Shown: positions 19,208 through 29,954 of the stretch, in pieces
Layout: each line of letters begins with the position of its first letter
Numbering within the stretch: the first letter of the stretch is position 1
Source of the DNA: Patescibacteria group bacterium
Lineage (GTDB): Bacteria > Patescibacteriota > Doudnabacteria > UBA920 > O2-02-FULL-48-8
Direction: 5' to 3'
Assembly (NCBI GenBank): GCA_036278915.1
Contig: DASUKB010000002.1
Span: forward strand, 30,152 to 94,151
Length of the DNA: 64,000 nucleotides
Made by a program: the position numbers and the translations under genes
The notes under the pieces: model-generated
Databases searched by the model: none
What the model saw: only the letters and a program-made list of their open reading frames with translations
Told to the model about the DNA's origin: nothing

Positions 19208-19783
19208 ATGTCTGTTCTAGATTTCTCCGACCTCAAAGGCACGGGACAAATTATCAAATATAACAACGAACCCTATCAGATTATCTGGTCAAATTTTATG
19301 CGCACCGCTCAGCGCAAGCCGGTCATCCAGGCCAAACTGCGCAACCTTATGACAGGCAAGGTGATGGAGTATTCGTTTAAGTACGGTGAAAAGATAGAAG
19401 AGGCAGACGTGATCAAGCGCAAGTGCCAGTACCTGTACGCTGACGACGAAGGAGCCCACTTCATGGATCCCGAGAGCTTTGAAACTATAGTCGTGCCAAA
19501 GATAATTGCAGAAGATCAGGTCAAGTTCCTCAAAGAAGGCATGGACACCACCATTATGTTTTTTGAAGAGCGTCCTATAGCTTTGGACCTGCCGGTTAAA
19601 ATCGACCTCAAAGTCACGGAAACTTCACCCGGAATCAAAGGCGACACAGCCACCGGCGGCACCAAACCCGCCACGCTTGAGACCGGACACGTCGTGAATG
19701 TGCCGCTATTTATAAAAGAAGGTGATGTCGTGCGCGTCTCCACCCAAACTGGCCAGTATGTGGAGCGCGCAAGCCAGGAATAG
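19208..19783 (+). CDS. efp: Elongation factor P
   Basis: PGIKGDTATGGTKPATLETG..VPLFI..GD. Confidence 0.96.
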   Translation: MSVLDFSDLKGTGQIIKYNNEPYQIIWSNFMRTAQRKPVIQAKLRNLMTGKVMEYSFKYGEKIEEADVIKRKCQYLYADDEGAHFMDPESFETIVVPKIIAEDQVKFLKEGMDTTIMFFEERPIALDLPVKIDLKVTETSPGIKGDTATGGTKPATLETGHVVNVPLFIKEGDVVRVSTQTGQYVERASQE

Positions 19784-19854
19784 AAAACAGGCATTAAATA
19801 TTGAAAAACCAGGATTAAATTCCTGGTTTTTTCCTATTTCCTTGTTCCTGTTTC

Positions 19855-20256
19855 CTACTGTACTACTGTTACCGTGCCCCCGTTTGAAGGGTTCAGGTGA
19901 TCATGGAAGCCCCAGGTCCCGACTTTGGAAAAAGTAAACTGATAGGTCTCACCCTGATTGAGTCCGTGCAAAGCATCAAACCCAGGCAGGTCGGTGTGCA
20001 CCGGGTGCGGATTGGAAGCCGGCCAATGCTGTTTGGAGTCAGTGTTTTTGAACACGACCACCGTGCCGGATTTGACGGTGATGTTGGCAGGAGAAAATCC
20101 CGACGAGGTAATATCTATTTCCGCGGTGCCGGACTGAACCTGCGCGTTGGTCTGGTCTGCACCGGAACTGGTGGCCGAGTTGGTGGAAGTTGATTTATCG
20201 CAGGCAGCAGCAATCAATGAAAGAGAGAGCGCCAAAATTAAAACTTTGTATTTCAT
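19855..20256 (-). CDS. Cupredoxin-fold lipoprotein
   Basis: Lipobox IAAAC; FSPANITVKSGTVVVF..D..H; WGFHDHLNP. Confidence 0.8.
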   Translation of the reverse strand: MKYKVLILALSLSLIAAACDKSTSTNSATSSGADQTNAQVQSGTAEIDITSSGFSPANITVKSGTVVVFKNTDSKQHWPASNPHPVHTDLPGFDALHGLNQGETYQFTFSKVGTWGFHDHLNPSNGGTVTVVQ

Positions 20257-20295
20257 AAAAAGTTTACAAATTAATTAAAAGAAAGCTTATGTAGC

Positions 20296-21003
20296 TTACG
20301 CGATAGAGCGTCCGCCGTCAATGTATAGAACCTGTCCGGTGACAAAGTCAGAATTGAACAAATACATTACGCCTTTGGCAATCTCTTCCCCGCCGCCCCA
20401 GCGTGCAAGTGGTGTGCCGGACAAGGCTTCCGCATTGTCCTCATCCGACAAGTCCGGCGGACGGATAATCGGGCCGGGAGCTATGGCATTGACCAAAATA
20501 TCCGGCGCCAGTTCGCGCGCCAGCGATTTGGTAAGCCCCACGACCGCGGCCTTGGCCGAGTTATACGCTAAATAATCCTTATACGGTTGGGTGAGCACGG
20601 ACCAGTCGGAAATTAATACTATCCGACCCTGCGTTTTATTTCGCAGCAATTCGTCCGCCACAAATTTGGATGTAAGAAATGCGCTTTTGGCAATTGCATT
20701 GATGCTTGAGTCCCAAGCCTTTTCATCTAATTTTTCCCAAGGCACCCGCTCGTACGTAGCAGCCATGTGAACTAACCCATCGATTTGCCCGAATTTACTT
20801 TTGGCCTCGTTTATAAGCTCTTGCACGTCGCTTGAATTGCTCAAATCCGCTTTGACGTACAAAATCTTATCTGACCCAAAATCCGGCTGGGTGGTGCGAT
20901 AGCTCACTACCAAATTCGCACCTGCAGAAAGCAGATCCGCTGCCACGAATTTGCCAATCCTCGCCGCCCCCGTGAGTATAATTGTTTTTCCTTTGATGTC
21001 CAT
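20296..21003 (-). CDS. SDR oxidoreductase (pteridine reductase/FolM-like)
   Basis: TGAARIG, ISDW, YNSAK, VNAIAPG, FVTGQVLYIDGG. Confidence 0.85.
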   Translation of the reverse strand: MDIKGKTIILTGAARIGKFVAADLLSAGANLVVSYRTTQPDFGSDKILYVKADLSNSSDVQELINEAKSKFGQIDGLVHMAATYERVPWEKLDEKAWDSSINAIAKSAFLTSKFVADELLRNKTQGRIVLISDWSVLTQPYKDYLAYNSAKAAVVGLTKSLARELAPDILVNAIAPGPIIRPPDLSDEDNAEALSGTPLARWGGGEEIAKGVMYLFNSDFVTGQVLYIDGGRSIA

Positions 21004-21015
21004 ATAATTTCTTAA

Positions 21016-21939
21016 TTAAGCCTCGTCCATTCCCAAATATTTTTCCGCATCCATGGCGGCCATGCAGCCCATGCCCGAGGCAGTGATTGCCTGGCGGTAG
21101 CGATAATCGCGTACGTCCCCGCCGACAAAGATTCCAGGAATATTCGTTTTGGTCTGATCTATGGAATTAATGTAGCCTTTGGCGTCTAAATCTATTTGTC
21201 CCTTAAAGACTTCCGTGTTCGGCTTGTGGCCAATGGCAATAAACACGCCGTCAATTTTGCGCTCATCAACTTTGCCAGTTGTAATATCTTTAACTTTTAC
21301 GGCTGTGAGTTTGCCGTTGCCCAAAAATTCTTCAATCGTCTTGCTGGTTTCAAAACTAATTTTGGGATTGGCCTTGGCGCGATCCAGCATAATCTTACTG
21401 GCGCGAAAACTGTCGCTGCGATTTAAGACAGTAACTTTGCTGGCAAACTTTGTAAGATATGTAGCCTCCTCCATGGCGCTATCGCCGCCGCCCACGACTA
21501 TAATTTCCTTGCCCTTGAAGAAAAATCCGTCGCATGTGGCGCAGGACGACACGCCCTTGCCGCGAAATTTTTCCTCGCTCGGCAATCCCAGCCACATGCT
21601 GGACGCGCCAGTGGAAATAATGACGGATTCAGCTAAGTATTCATGATCGCCAGTAGAAAGTTTAAAAGGTTTTGATGAGAAATCAACCTTAACCACGTCT
21701 TCGTAAACTATTTGCGCGCCGAAGCGCTCGGATTGTTTTATAAAGTTTTGCATTAAATCCGGGCCCAGGATACCTTCTGGGAATCCAGGGAAATTTTCCA
21801 CTTCCGTAGTCAGCATCAGTTGGCCGCCAAACGTAAGGCCTGCCAAAATGACGGGTTTAAGTCCGGCCCGCGCAGCGTAAATACCGGCAGTTAATCCTGC
21901 CGGCCCCGAACCAATGATGATAAGTTTGTGAGTTGCCAT
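21016..21939 (-). CDS. trxB: Thioredoxin-disulfide reductase
   Basis: GSGPAG, CATCDG, GGGDSA, YRQAIT; true start MATHKL. Confidence 0.96.
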   Translation of the reverse strand: MATHKLIIIGSGPAGLTAGIYAARAGLKPVILAGLTFGGQLMLTTEVENFPGFPEGILGPDLMQNFIKQSERFGAQIVYEDVVKVDFSSKPFKLSTGDHEYLAESVIISTGASSMWLGLPSEEKFRGKGVSSCATCDGFFFKGKEIIVVGGGDSAMEEATYLTKFASKVTVLNRSDSFRASKIMLDRAKANPKISFETSKTIEEFLGNGKLTAVKVKDITTGKVDERKIDGVFIAIGHKPNTEVFKGQIDLDAKGYINSIDQTKTNIPGIFVGGDVRDYRYRQAITASGMGCMAAMDAEKYLGMDEA

Positions 21940-22009
21940 AAAGTTAGTTGGTAGTTTGTAGTGAGTAGGTGGTAGTGGAATTCTACTTCTACAACCTATC
22001 ACCTACAAC

Positions 22010-22966
22010 CTACTTAATTCGTTTAATTTGGGTCCAATCTGATGTCAGTCCTGTTCTCCCAGAAAGTCGCGCCAGATAATCATAGCACGCCAGGGCTGCG
22101 GCCGCGCCCTCGCCCGCGGAAATAGCTGCCTGTTTGTAGGGCCTATTCGTGCAGTCCCCGGCTGCAAATACCCCGGGCGTACTGGTGGATTGGTCCGCCC
22201 CCACGACAACCTGCGAGTTATCGTCCAGTGCTACCAAATCTTTTACAAATTCGGCATTGACCACGTATCCTAATTCTACAAACAATCCGTCCACAAGTAA
22301 ATCCTTCCTGGTTCCAGTGTTTCGTTCCAGAAGTTTAAGTTTTTCGATCCGGGATTGGCCGGTAATTTCCTGAATTTCCACAAACGGTACGAGTTCGACA
22401 TTGGATTTTTTGACCACGGATTTAAGCAACATCGGGTGGCCGAAAAGTTTATCGGTCTTGGACAGCGCGTATATATGTTTAGCGTATTTGCTCAAAAGGA
22501 GAATGGCATCCAAGCTTACGTCGCCAAACCCGGCCACGGCCACGGTCTGGCCTTTATGAAGTGGCGCGTCGCAATTGGCGCAATAGCTTATTCCCCGTCC
22601 TTTGAATTCCGATTCGCCCGGAACTTCCAAATCCCGCGGAGTTTTGCCAAACGCCAAAATCAGACTCTGAGATTTGTACTGATTGCCGAAAGCCTCAACC
22701 ACAAACCCATTCTCCACCGGTTTGACTTTGGAAACTTCGGCTTCTATAAACTCCAGCCCCCACTTTTCGGCCTGTCTGCGGATTGAAGACACCAATTCAA
22801 ACCCGCCGGATTCTTCTAGACCCGGATAATTTTCTATGGTGTCAGTAGAGTTGGCCTGGCCTCCTACATCTTTGCCAATAACCAAGACTTTGAGTCCGCG
22901 GCGGCCGGAAAATAAAGCCGCACTAAAGGCTGCGACTCCCCCGCCGATTATAATAACGTCGTACAT
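22010..22966 (-). CDS. Second thioredoxin-reductase-like flavoprotein
   Basis: GGGVAA, IENYPG, CANCDA, FAAGDC; degenerate NADPH motif (GFGDVS). Confidence 0.9.
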   Translation of the reverse strand: MYDVIIIGGGVAAFSAALFSGRRGLKVLVIGKDVGGQANSTDTIENYPGLEESGGFELVSSIRRQAEKWGLEFIEAEVSKVKPVENGFVVEAFGNQYKSQSLILAFGKTPRDLEVPGESEFKGRGISYCANCDAPLHKGQTVAVAGFGDVSLDAILLLSKYAKHIYALSKTDKLFGHPMLLKSVVKKSNVELVPFVEIQEITGQSRIEKLKLLERNTGTRKDLLVDGLFVELGYVVNAEFVKDLVALDDNSQVVVGADQSTSTPGVFAAGDCTNRPYKQAAISAGEGAAAALACYDYLARLSGRTGLTSDWTQIKRIK

Positions 22967-22976
22967 AGATTACTAC

Positions 22977-23807
22977 TCACTTGTTTTTTTCTTTCGCAAT
23001 CTTTACCGTGTTTTCCAAAAGTTTGGCTACGGTGACAGGACCCACGCCTCCGGGCACCGGAGTTATAAGCGAGGCTTTCTTGGATACTGGAAGAAAATCT
23101 ACGTCGCCGCGCATATGACCTCCCACAAATGACACGCCCGCGTCTATGACCGCGGCGCCAGGACGGATCATATCAGCTCGTATCAAACCGGCTCGGCCGG
23201 TGCCGGAAATTAAAATATCTGCCTGCTTAGTAATTTCGCGTAAATTTTTCGTATCTTTGTTGCAGGTCGTCACTGTTACCGGCATATGCATCAAAATGTT
23301 CGCCAAAGGCTTGCCTATGAGATCCCCTTGCCCGACCAGCACAATGTGTTTGCCTTTGAGTGCAACTTTGTGGACCTTGAGGATTTCCAAAACTGCGCCA
23401 GGGCTAGGCGGCACCAGGCTGTTGTCGCGGATCACAAGCTTACCCAAAGAGACCCAGGACAGACAGTCCACATCCAGGTTTGGGTCCAGCTCGTTGAGGA
23501 TTAATTTTTTATCCAAACCCGCCGGCAGAGGCAGCTGCACGATAATACCGTCTAATTTTTGTTTCTGAATAGCGCGAACTGCGCGAATGAGAGCCGCTTC
23601 CTTAATTTTTGAGGGGAATTTATACAATAAAAATTCAATACCTACAGCCGCGGCTGCCTGCTGTTTGTTGCGCACGTAAGTTTGTGAGGGTTTATCATCC
23701 CCGACTAGCACCACTGCGAGCTTAGGAGTGCGCCCAAGTTTGGCCACTTGGATTTTGAGCCGCTCCAAAATGCCGTTTGCGATTTGTCTTCCGTCTACGA
23801 TTGACAT
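22977..23807 (-). CDS. folD: Methylenetetrahydrofolate dehydrogenase/cyclohydrolase
   Basis: YVRNK, GIIVQLPLP, GDVDF, ITPVPGGVGP. Confidence 0.96.
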   Translation of the reverse strand: MSIVDGRQIANGILERLKIQVAKLGRTPKLAVVLVGDDKPSQTYVRNKQQAAAAVGIEFLLYKFPSKIKEAALIRAVRAIQKQKLDGIIVQLPLPAGLDKKLILNELDPNLDVDCLSWVSLGKLVIRDNSLVPPSPGAVLEILKVHKVALKGKHIVLVGQGDLIGKPLANILMHMPVTVTTCNKDTKNLREITKQADILISGTGRAGLIRADMIRPGAAVIDAGVSFVGGHMRGDVDFLPVSKKASLITPVPGGVGPVTVAKLLENTVKIAKEKNK

Positions 23808-23814
23808 AGAATTG

Positions 23815-24603
23815 TTAATTGGTCAAATGTTGCAAGAGTCCTGCCAAAAAATCGCGGCGGATCTGAAATTCGCGTGACACGCCCTGCCAGATTAGCTCTT
23901 TGTTGCCCGGGTCAAACACAATTTTTTCCAAAATGTGTCCAGTATTGATGACATATTTGAAATCTACGCCCGCATGCCAAGTTAAAACTTCCAGATCCGA
24001 GTCGGAAACTTGGGTTTGTGAACGCAAAAACGCAGTCAGTGCGCTGTATTCCTCGGGAATTGCCCGCTCGTGCGCAGAAAACGCACCTGCTACTTCCTGC
24101 CATTCGCCATTTGAATACAGATCCGAAAGCTCGGCGATATAATTTCTGGTCCATTCCTTGGGCTCGGCGCGGGAAATTTCTTCGTCCGTTGCACCTAAGG
24201 CATGCAAAAGTTTCTGCCACAGCTGTTTGTGGTGGTCATGACGGCCGGTGGGCTTGGTCTGGCCGCCAACTTCTTCTTCCAATTTTTTTTCTAAAATTTC
24301 CAAGGCGGATTCGGCTTCCGGGTCGTCGGACTCGGACAGGTTGGCTATGGCAAATCCCAAAAATCCGGGCTCGCCCTCATGGCCCACGAAGGCATTGGCC
24401 GCGATGTAGCGCTGCAGCATAAATTTGCGCACCTTCTCCGGCCGGGCCGTAATTTTTTGCAATGTCTCAAGTTCGGGGAAGGCGCGCGCCTGCGCTCCAA
24501 CATAGTCCATAAGCCATTCGATAAACTGCTCACCGACAAATTCAGCAATCGCGTCCTTCGGCGTGCTGATTGGTTTAACTTCGTTGGGAGAATCTAAGTT
24601 CAT
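23815..24603 (-). CDS. Heme-oxygenase-like di-iron protein (PqqC/CADD/TenA superfamily)
   Basis: Helical protein with EE..G....H..LW..L..ALG, AHE and H...D ligand pattern. Confidence 0.65.
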   Translation of the reverse strand: MNLDSPNEVKPISTPKDAIAEFVGEQFIEWLMDYVGAQARAFPELETLQKITARPEKVRKFMLQRYIAANAFVGHEGEPGFLGFAIANLSESDDPEAESALEILEKKLEEEVGGQTKPTGRHDHHKQLWQKLLHALGATDEEISRAEPKEWTRNYIAELSDLYSNGEWQEVAGAFSAHERAIPEEYSALTAFLRSQTQVSDSDLEVLTWHAGVDFKYVINTGHILEKIVFDPGNKELIWQGVSREFQIRRDFLAGLLQHLTN

Positions 24604-24692
24604 GTCAGTAGTTTAATTAAGCTGGGGAAATTATGCAACCAGACAAACTTCCGTTTGCAACCATTCCTGTGAGAATCTGCTATAATTGGTGT

Positions 24693-24806
24693 ATGAAAGA
24701 TATCTGGGATGGAATAATCAATATCATCTTAAGCGGGCTGCTCGTCATCTATGAGGGAATAGCCAAGCTTTTTAAATCCAAAAAAAGCGATCACGATCAT
24801 CATTAG
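24693..24806 (+). CDS. 37-aa small membrane/amphipathic protein (not in the ORF track)
   Basis: MKDIWDGIINIILSGLLVIYEGIAKLFKSKKSDHDHH; TGcTATAAT 6 nt before ATG. Confidence 0.55.
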   Translation: MKDIWDGIINIILSGLLVIYEGIAKLFKSKKSDHDHH

Positions 24807-24856
24807 GGCTTGAAAAAGCACGGGAATTCGGATATAATACGAGGGCTAAAATTTTT

Positions 24857-24931
24857 GGTCCCATCGTCTAACGGTTAGGACACCAGGTTTTCATCCTGGC
24901 AATTCGGGTTCGATTCCCGGTGGGATCACCA
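24857..24931 (+). tRNA. tRNA-Glu(TTC)
   Basis: CCAGG-TTTTCAT-CCTGG anticodon arm, GTTCGATT T-loop, CCA; promoter TTGAAA-N17-TATAAT upstream, terminator downstream. Confidence 0.97.
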
Positions 24932-25046
24932 CAAAGAAGGCCTCATACCGAGGTCTTTTTTGTTTGGGAATTCGTTTGGTTAATTGCACGATTGTGCTAA
25001 GAATTTAAAAGCGCCAGACTGGAATGGAATCATTAACCTCAAATTT

Positions 25047-25406
25047 ATGCCAAGAGAAATTATTACCGATGACGGGGACCGCGTGCTGGTGGATGATCCC
25101 TCATATGTTTCCTACTATTCGCCCATCGCGCGTGTAGTCTGGACCATCCTTGGGATTATCAACGCCTTGCTGGCCATAAGATTTATCCTGCGGCTGTTTG
25201 GCGCCAACCCAGGCGCTGGATTCGTCAACTTTATGTACAGCATCACGGCACCTCTCGTTGCCTGGTTTACCGGTTCAATCCGTGCCACGTCCGTGGGCAC
25301 CGGCATCATCGAATGGTCAACGCTTCTGGCTATCGCCGTGTATTGGATTATTGCCTGGATCATCACTCGCTTGGTCACCATGAGTCGGCCGGTGGCCAGA
25401 TACTAA
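25047..25406 (+). CDS. YggT-family membrane protein
   Basis: LLAIRFILRLFGANP..FVNFMYSITAPLV..F. Confidence 0.8.
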   Translation: MPREIITDDGDRVLVDDPSYVSYYSPIARVVWTILGIINALLAIRFILRLFGANPGAGFVNFMYSITAPLVAWFTGSIRATSVGTGIIEWSTLLAIAVYWIIAWIITRLVTMSRPVARY

Positions 25407-25474
25407 ATCTGTTTTAAGAAAACTTATAAATAACCCTTGGATTTTTTCCCAGGGTTATTTATAATGTCCAGGTT

Positions 25475-26515
25475 ATGATCAAAAAAATCTCTGCAATTCT
25501 GGCTATTGAAACCTCTTGTGATGAGACCGCGGCCGCGGTCATTGTCGAAGGCCAAGCGAGCCAAATCAGGTCATCAGTCATCGCATCCCAGGCCTCACTG
25601 CACGCCAAATTTGGCGGCGTGGTGCCGGAAGTGGCTGCGCGCGAGCACGTCACCGCAATTCTGCCAACTATTGACCTGGCGCTCAAACAAGCCCGGCTTA
25701 AGCTTCCCGAAATAGGCAGCATAGCGGTCACACAAGGCCCCGGCCTTATGACGTCCTTGCTGGTAGGCATTGAAACAGCCAAGACCTTGGGCCAAGTCCT
25801 GCAAATTCCAGTGCTGCCCATCAATCATTTGGAAGCGCATATTTACGCCAACTTTGTAAAAAGTGATAAGTTAAAAGTTAAAAGTCAAAAGTTCCCGGCA
25901 TTGATACTCATAGTTTCCGGTGGCCACACGCTGCTGGTACTTATGACTGCTCATGGCAAATATAAAATTTTAGGCGAGACTGTGGATGATGCCGCGGGTG
26001 AAGCGTTCGACAAGACCGCAAAACTCCTGGGTCTTTCTTATCCAGGCGGACCAGCCTTGTCCAAACTCGCCGAAGGCGGCAATCCTGTCAAATTTAATTT
26101 TCCCAGACCTATGATGAATTCGCAAAATCTAAATTTCAGTTTTTCCGGACTTAAAACCGCGGTACTCTATAAAGTCCAGGAACATAAATCTTTAAACTTA
26201 CAACTTAAATCTGATTTTGCCGCGTCAATCCAAACTGCAATAGTAGATGTTCTGATTGCCAAAACCGAAAACGCTATCAAAAAATATCACCCGAAAACCA
26301 TAATGCTCGGCGGCGGCGTAGCAGCTAACAAACTTCTGCGCGAAGAATTCAAGCGATTGGCTACAACCTACAAACTACAACCTAGTATTCCCAAATTAGA
26401 ATTCTGCACGGACAACGCCGCAATGATCGGCCTGGCCGCTTATTATAAATTGAAAAACTCCGACCCTAAATTCCCCAAAGCCTTTTTTGCTGATCCGAAT
26501 CTGGGACTGAAATAA
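25475..26515 (+). CDS. tsaD: tRNA t6A37 threonylcarbamoyltransferase
   Basis: IETSCDET, HLEAH, VSGGHT, DDAAGEAFDK, CTDNAAMI. Confidence 0.98.
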   Translation: MIKKISAILAIETSCDETAAAVIVEGQASQIRSSVIASQASLHAKFGGVVPEVAAREHVTAILPTIDLALKQARLKLPEIGSIAVTQGPGLMTSLLVGIETAKTLGQVLQIPVLPINHLEAHIYANFVKSDKLKVKSQKFPALILIVSGGHTLLVLMTAHGKYKILGETVDDAAGEAFDKTAKLLGLSYPGGPALSKLAEGGNPVKFNFPRPMMNSQNLNFSFSGLKTAVLYKVQEHKSLNLQLKSDFAASIQTAIVDVLIAKTENAIKKYHPKTIMLGGGVAANKLLREEFKRLATTYKLQPSIPKLEFCTDNAAMIGLAAYYKLKNSDPKFPKAFFADPNLGLK

Positions 26516-26537
26516 AAAAGAAGCGCCGCCTGATAAA

Positions 26538-27377
26538 TCAGGACAGCGCCTCGTCGGATAGACATACCTCCACTTCGGGCGGATCAACGTCCATGTTCGG
26601 CAAGACCTGCGCCTTGCCAGTATGCACTCGCCCCTCCTCCTTGGACTTATACATGAGCTGGTCGGCCAAATGGAACAGCTTTTCAGCTAACACATTCACG
26701 GCCAACAGCTGCTGTTGCGGCTGGTGCAGCGTGAAAGCCAAACCGCCCACGGCCGCAGAATACGGCAAGCTGCCCGTATAGCCATGTTGTCGCTGACGTT
26801 TAGGATCGTCGATGGCGTCTTTGAGGCGCTCAGCGACGATTTTGATTTCATCCAGCCGCTTGAGTTCCACTGCGGCCAAAAATTCATCTCCGCCCCAGCG
26901 GCCAGCGTCCACGACCTCTTCTTTTTTCGAAACCCGCTCAAAGAAATCAGTGTCTCGGCTGGTCCGTATAGTTTCGCTGATGATCTCCGCCGTGGCTTGG
27001 ATCGCCTGGTCTCCAATTTTGTGCCCCAGCTTATCGTTGAGGGGCTTAAAATTATTGAGATCAATAAACACCAAGCCCAGAGCCGTAATGTCCGGCGTCT
27101 CCTCCGGCGTTTTTTCCAGGATGCCGCGCACGTGATTTTCGAACAGTTCCCGCAGCGGCAGCTTCGTCAGCTTGTCTCTGCCGGACTGCCGCTCCTTTTC
27201 CAGTATGTGTCGCTCCAGCACGCGAATGGCAGTTTCGTACTCGTCGGCTACTATATTCCAGTCATGGATGAATTCCAGCTGCTCATCTGCCGGAATACGC
27301 GTCAGCCATTTGCGGATACGGTCTGCCAGCTTTTCCTTAAAGGAGAGCTGGCCCGGTATTTCGGTGCCGTTCTCCAT
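26538..27377 (-). CDS. GGDEF-domain protein (diguanylate cyclase)
   Basis: DKLTKL, FIDLNNFKPLNDKLGH..GD, RWGGDEF, ADQLMY.SK. Confidence 0.9.
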   Translation of the reverse strand: MENGTEIPGQLSFKEKLADRIRKWLTRIPADEQLEFIHDWNIVADEYETAIRVLERHILEKERQSGRDKLTKLPLRELFENHVRGILEKTPEETPDITALGLVFIDLNNFKPLNDKLGHKIGDQAIQATAEIISETIRTSRDTDFFERVSKKEEVVDAGRWGGDEFLAAVELKRLDEIKIVAERLKDAIDDPKRQRQHGYTGSLPYSAAVGGLAFTLHQPQQQLLAVNVLAEKLFHLADQLMYKSKEEGRVHTGKAQVLPNMDVDPPEVEVCLSDEALS

Positions 27378-27444
27378 TGACTCCTCCTTAGCTTCCCTTT
27401 GCTCGTCTGATTGACTCCAAAATGCTTCCTAATATATAATACGA

Positions 27445-27695
27445 GCAAGTTAGGGAACATATTACAGCCAACTAGAGAAAAGCGTTTGGGTTGTCCACCC
27501 ATTCCTGGCCGTTGCTAGGCGCTGCGAGTAGAAATTAGCTGTTGCTAAGAGTAGAACCCGCCGGACGCAAACCGTGATTTGCAAATCAAGTGTCCAGCCC
27601 CAGTTTAATGGAACTGGGGATGGAAATCAAGATGGTACCGTCCCGCATTAATCGGGACTCTTGAACACCAAATATTTAAGGTGTTTTTTATTTTT
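27445..27695 (+). promoter_or_regulatory. T-box riboswitch leader of valS
   Basis: Antiterminator TCAAGA-[TGGTACC]-GTCCCG-loop-CGGGAC-TCTTGA (27627-27664); stem III 27598-27619; promoter TTGACT-N18-TATAAT at 27411-27440. Confidence 0.8.
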
Positions 27696-29891
<2,196 letters not shown>

Positions 29892-29896
29892 GTTGT

Positions 29897-29928
29897 AAAA
29901 AACCCCAGGATAAGTTCCTGGGGTTTTT
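29897..29928. terminator. Bidirectional terminator
   Basis: AAAAAACCCCAGGA-taagt-TCCTGGGGTTTTT. Confidence 0.85.
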
Positions 29929-29954
29929 AAAACCTAAAATCTACTATCTACTAA

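Noticed and set aside
21940-22002. N-terminal extension of TrxB (MIGCRSRIPLPPTHYKLPTNF)
   Set aside because: It is the translation of the intergenic heptamer repeat; homology starts at MATHKL
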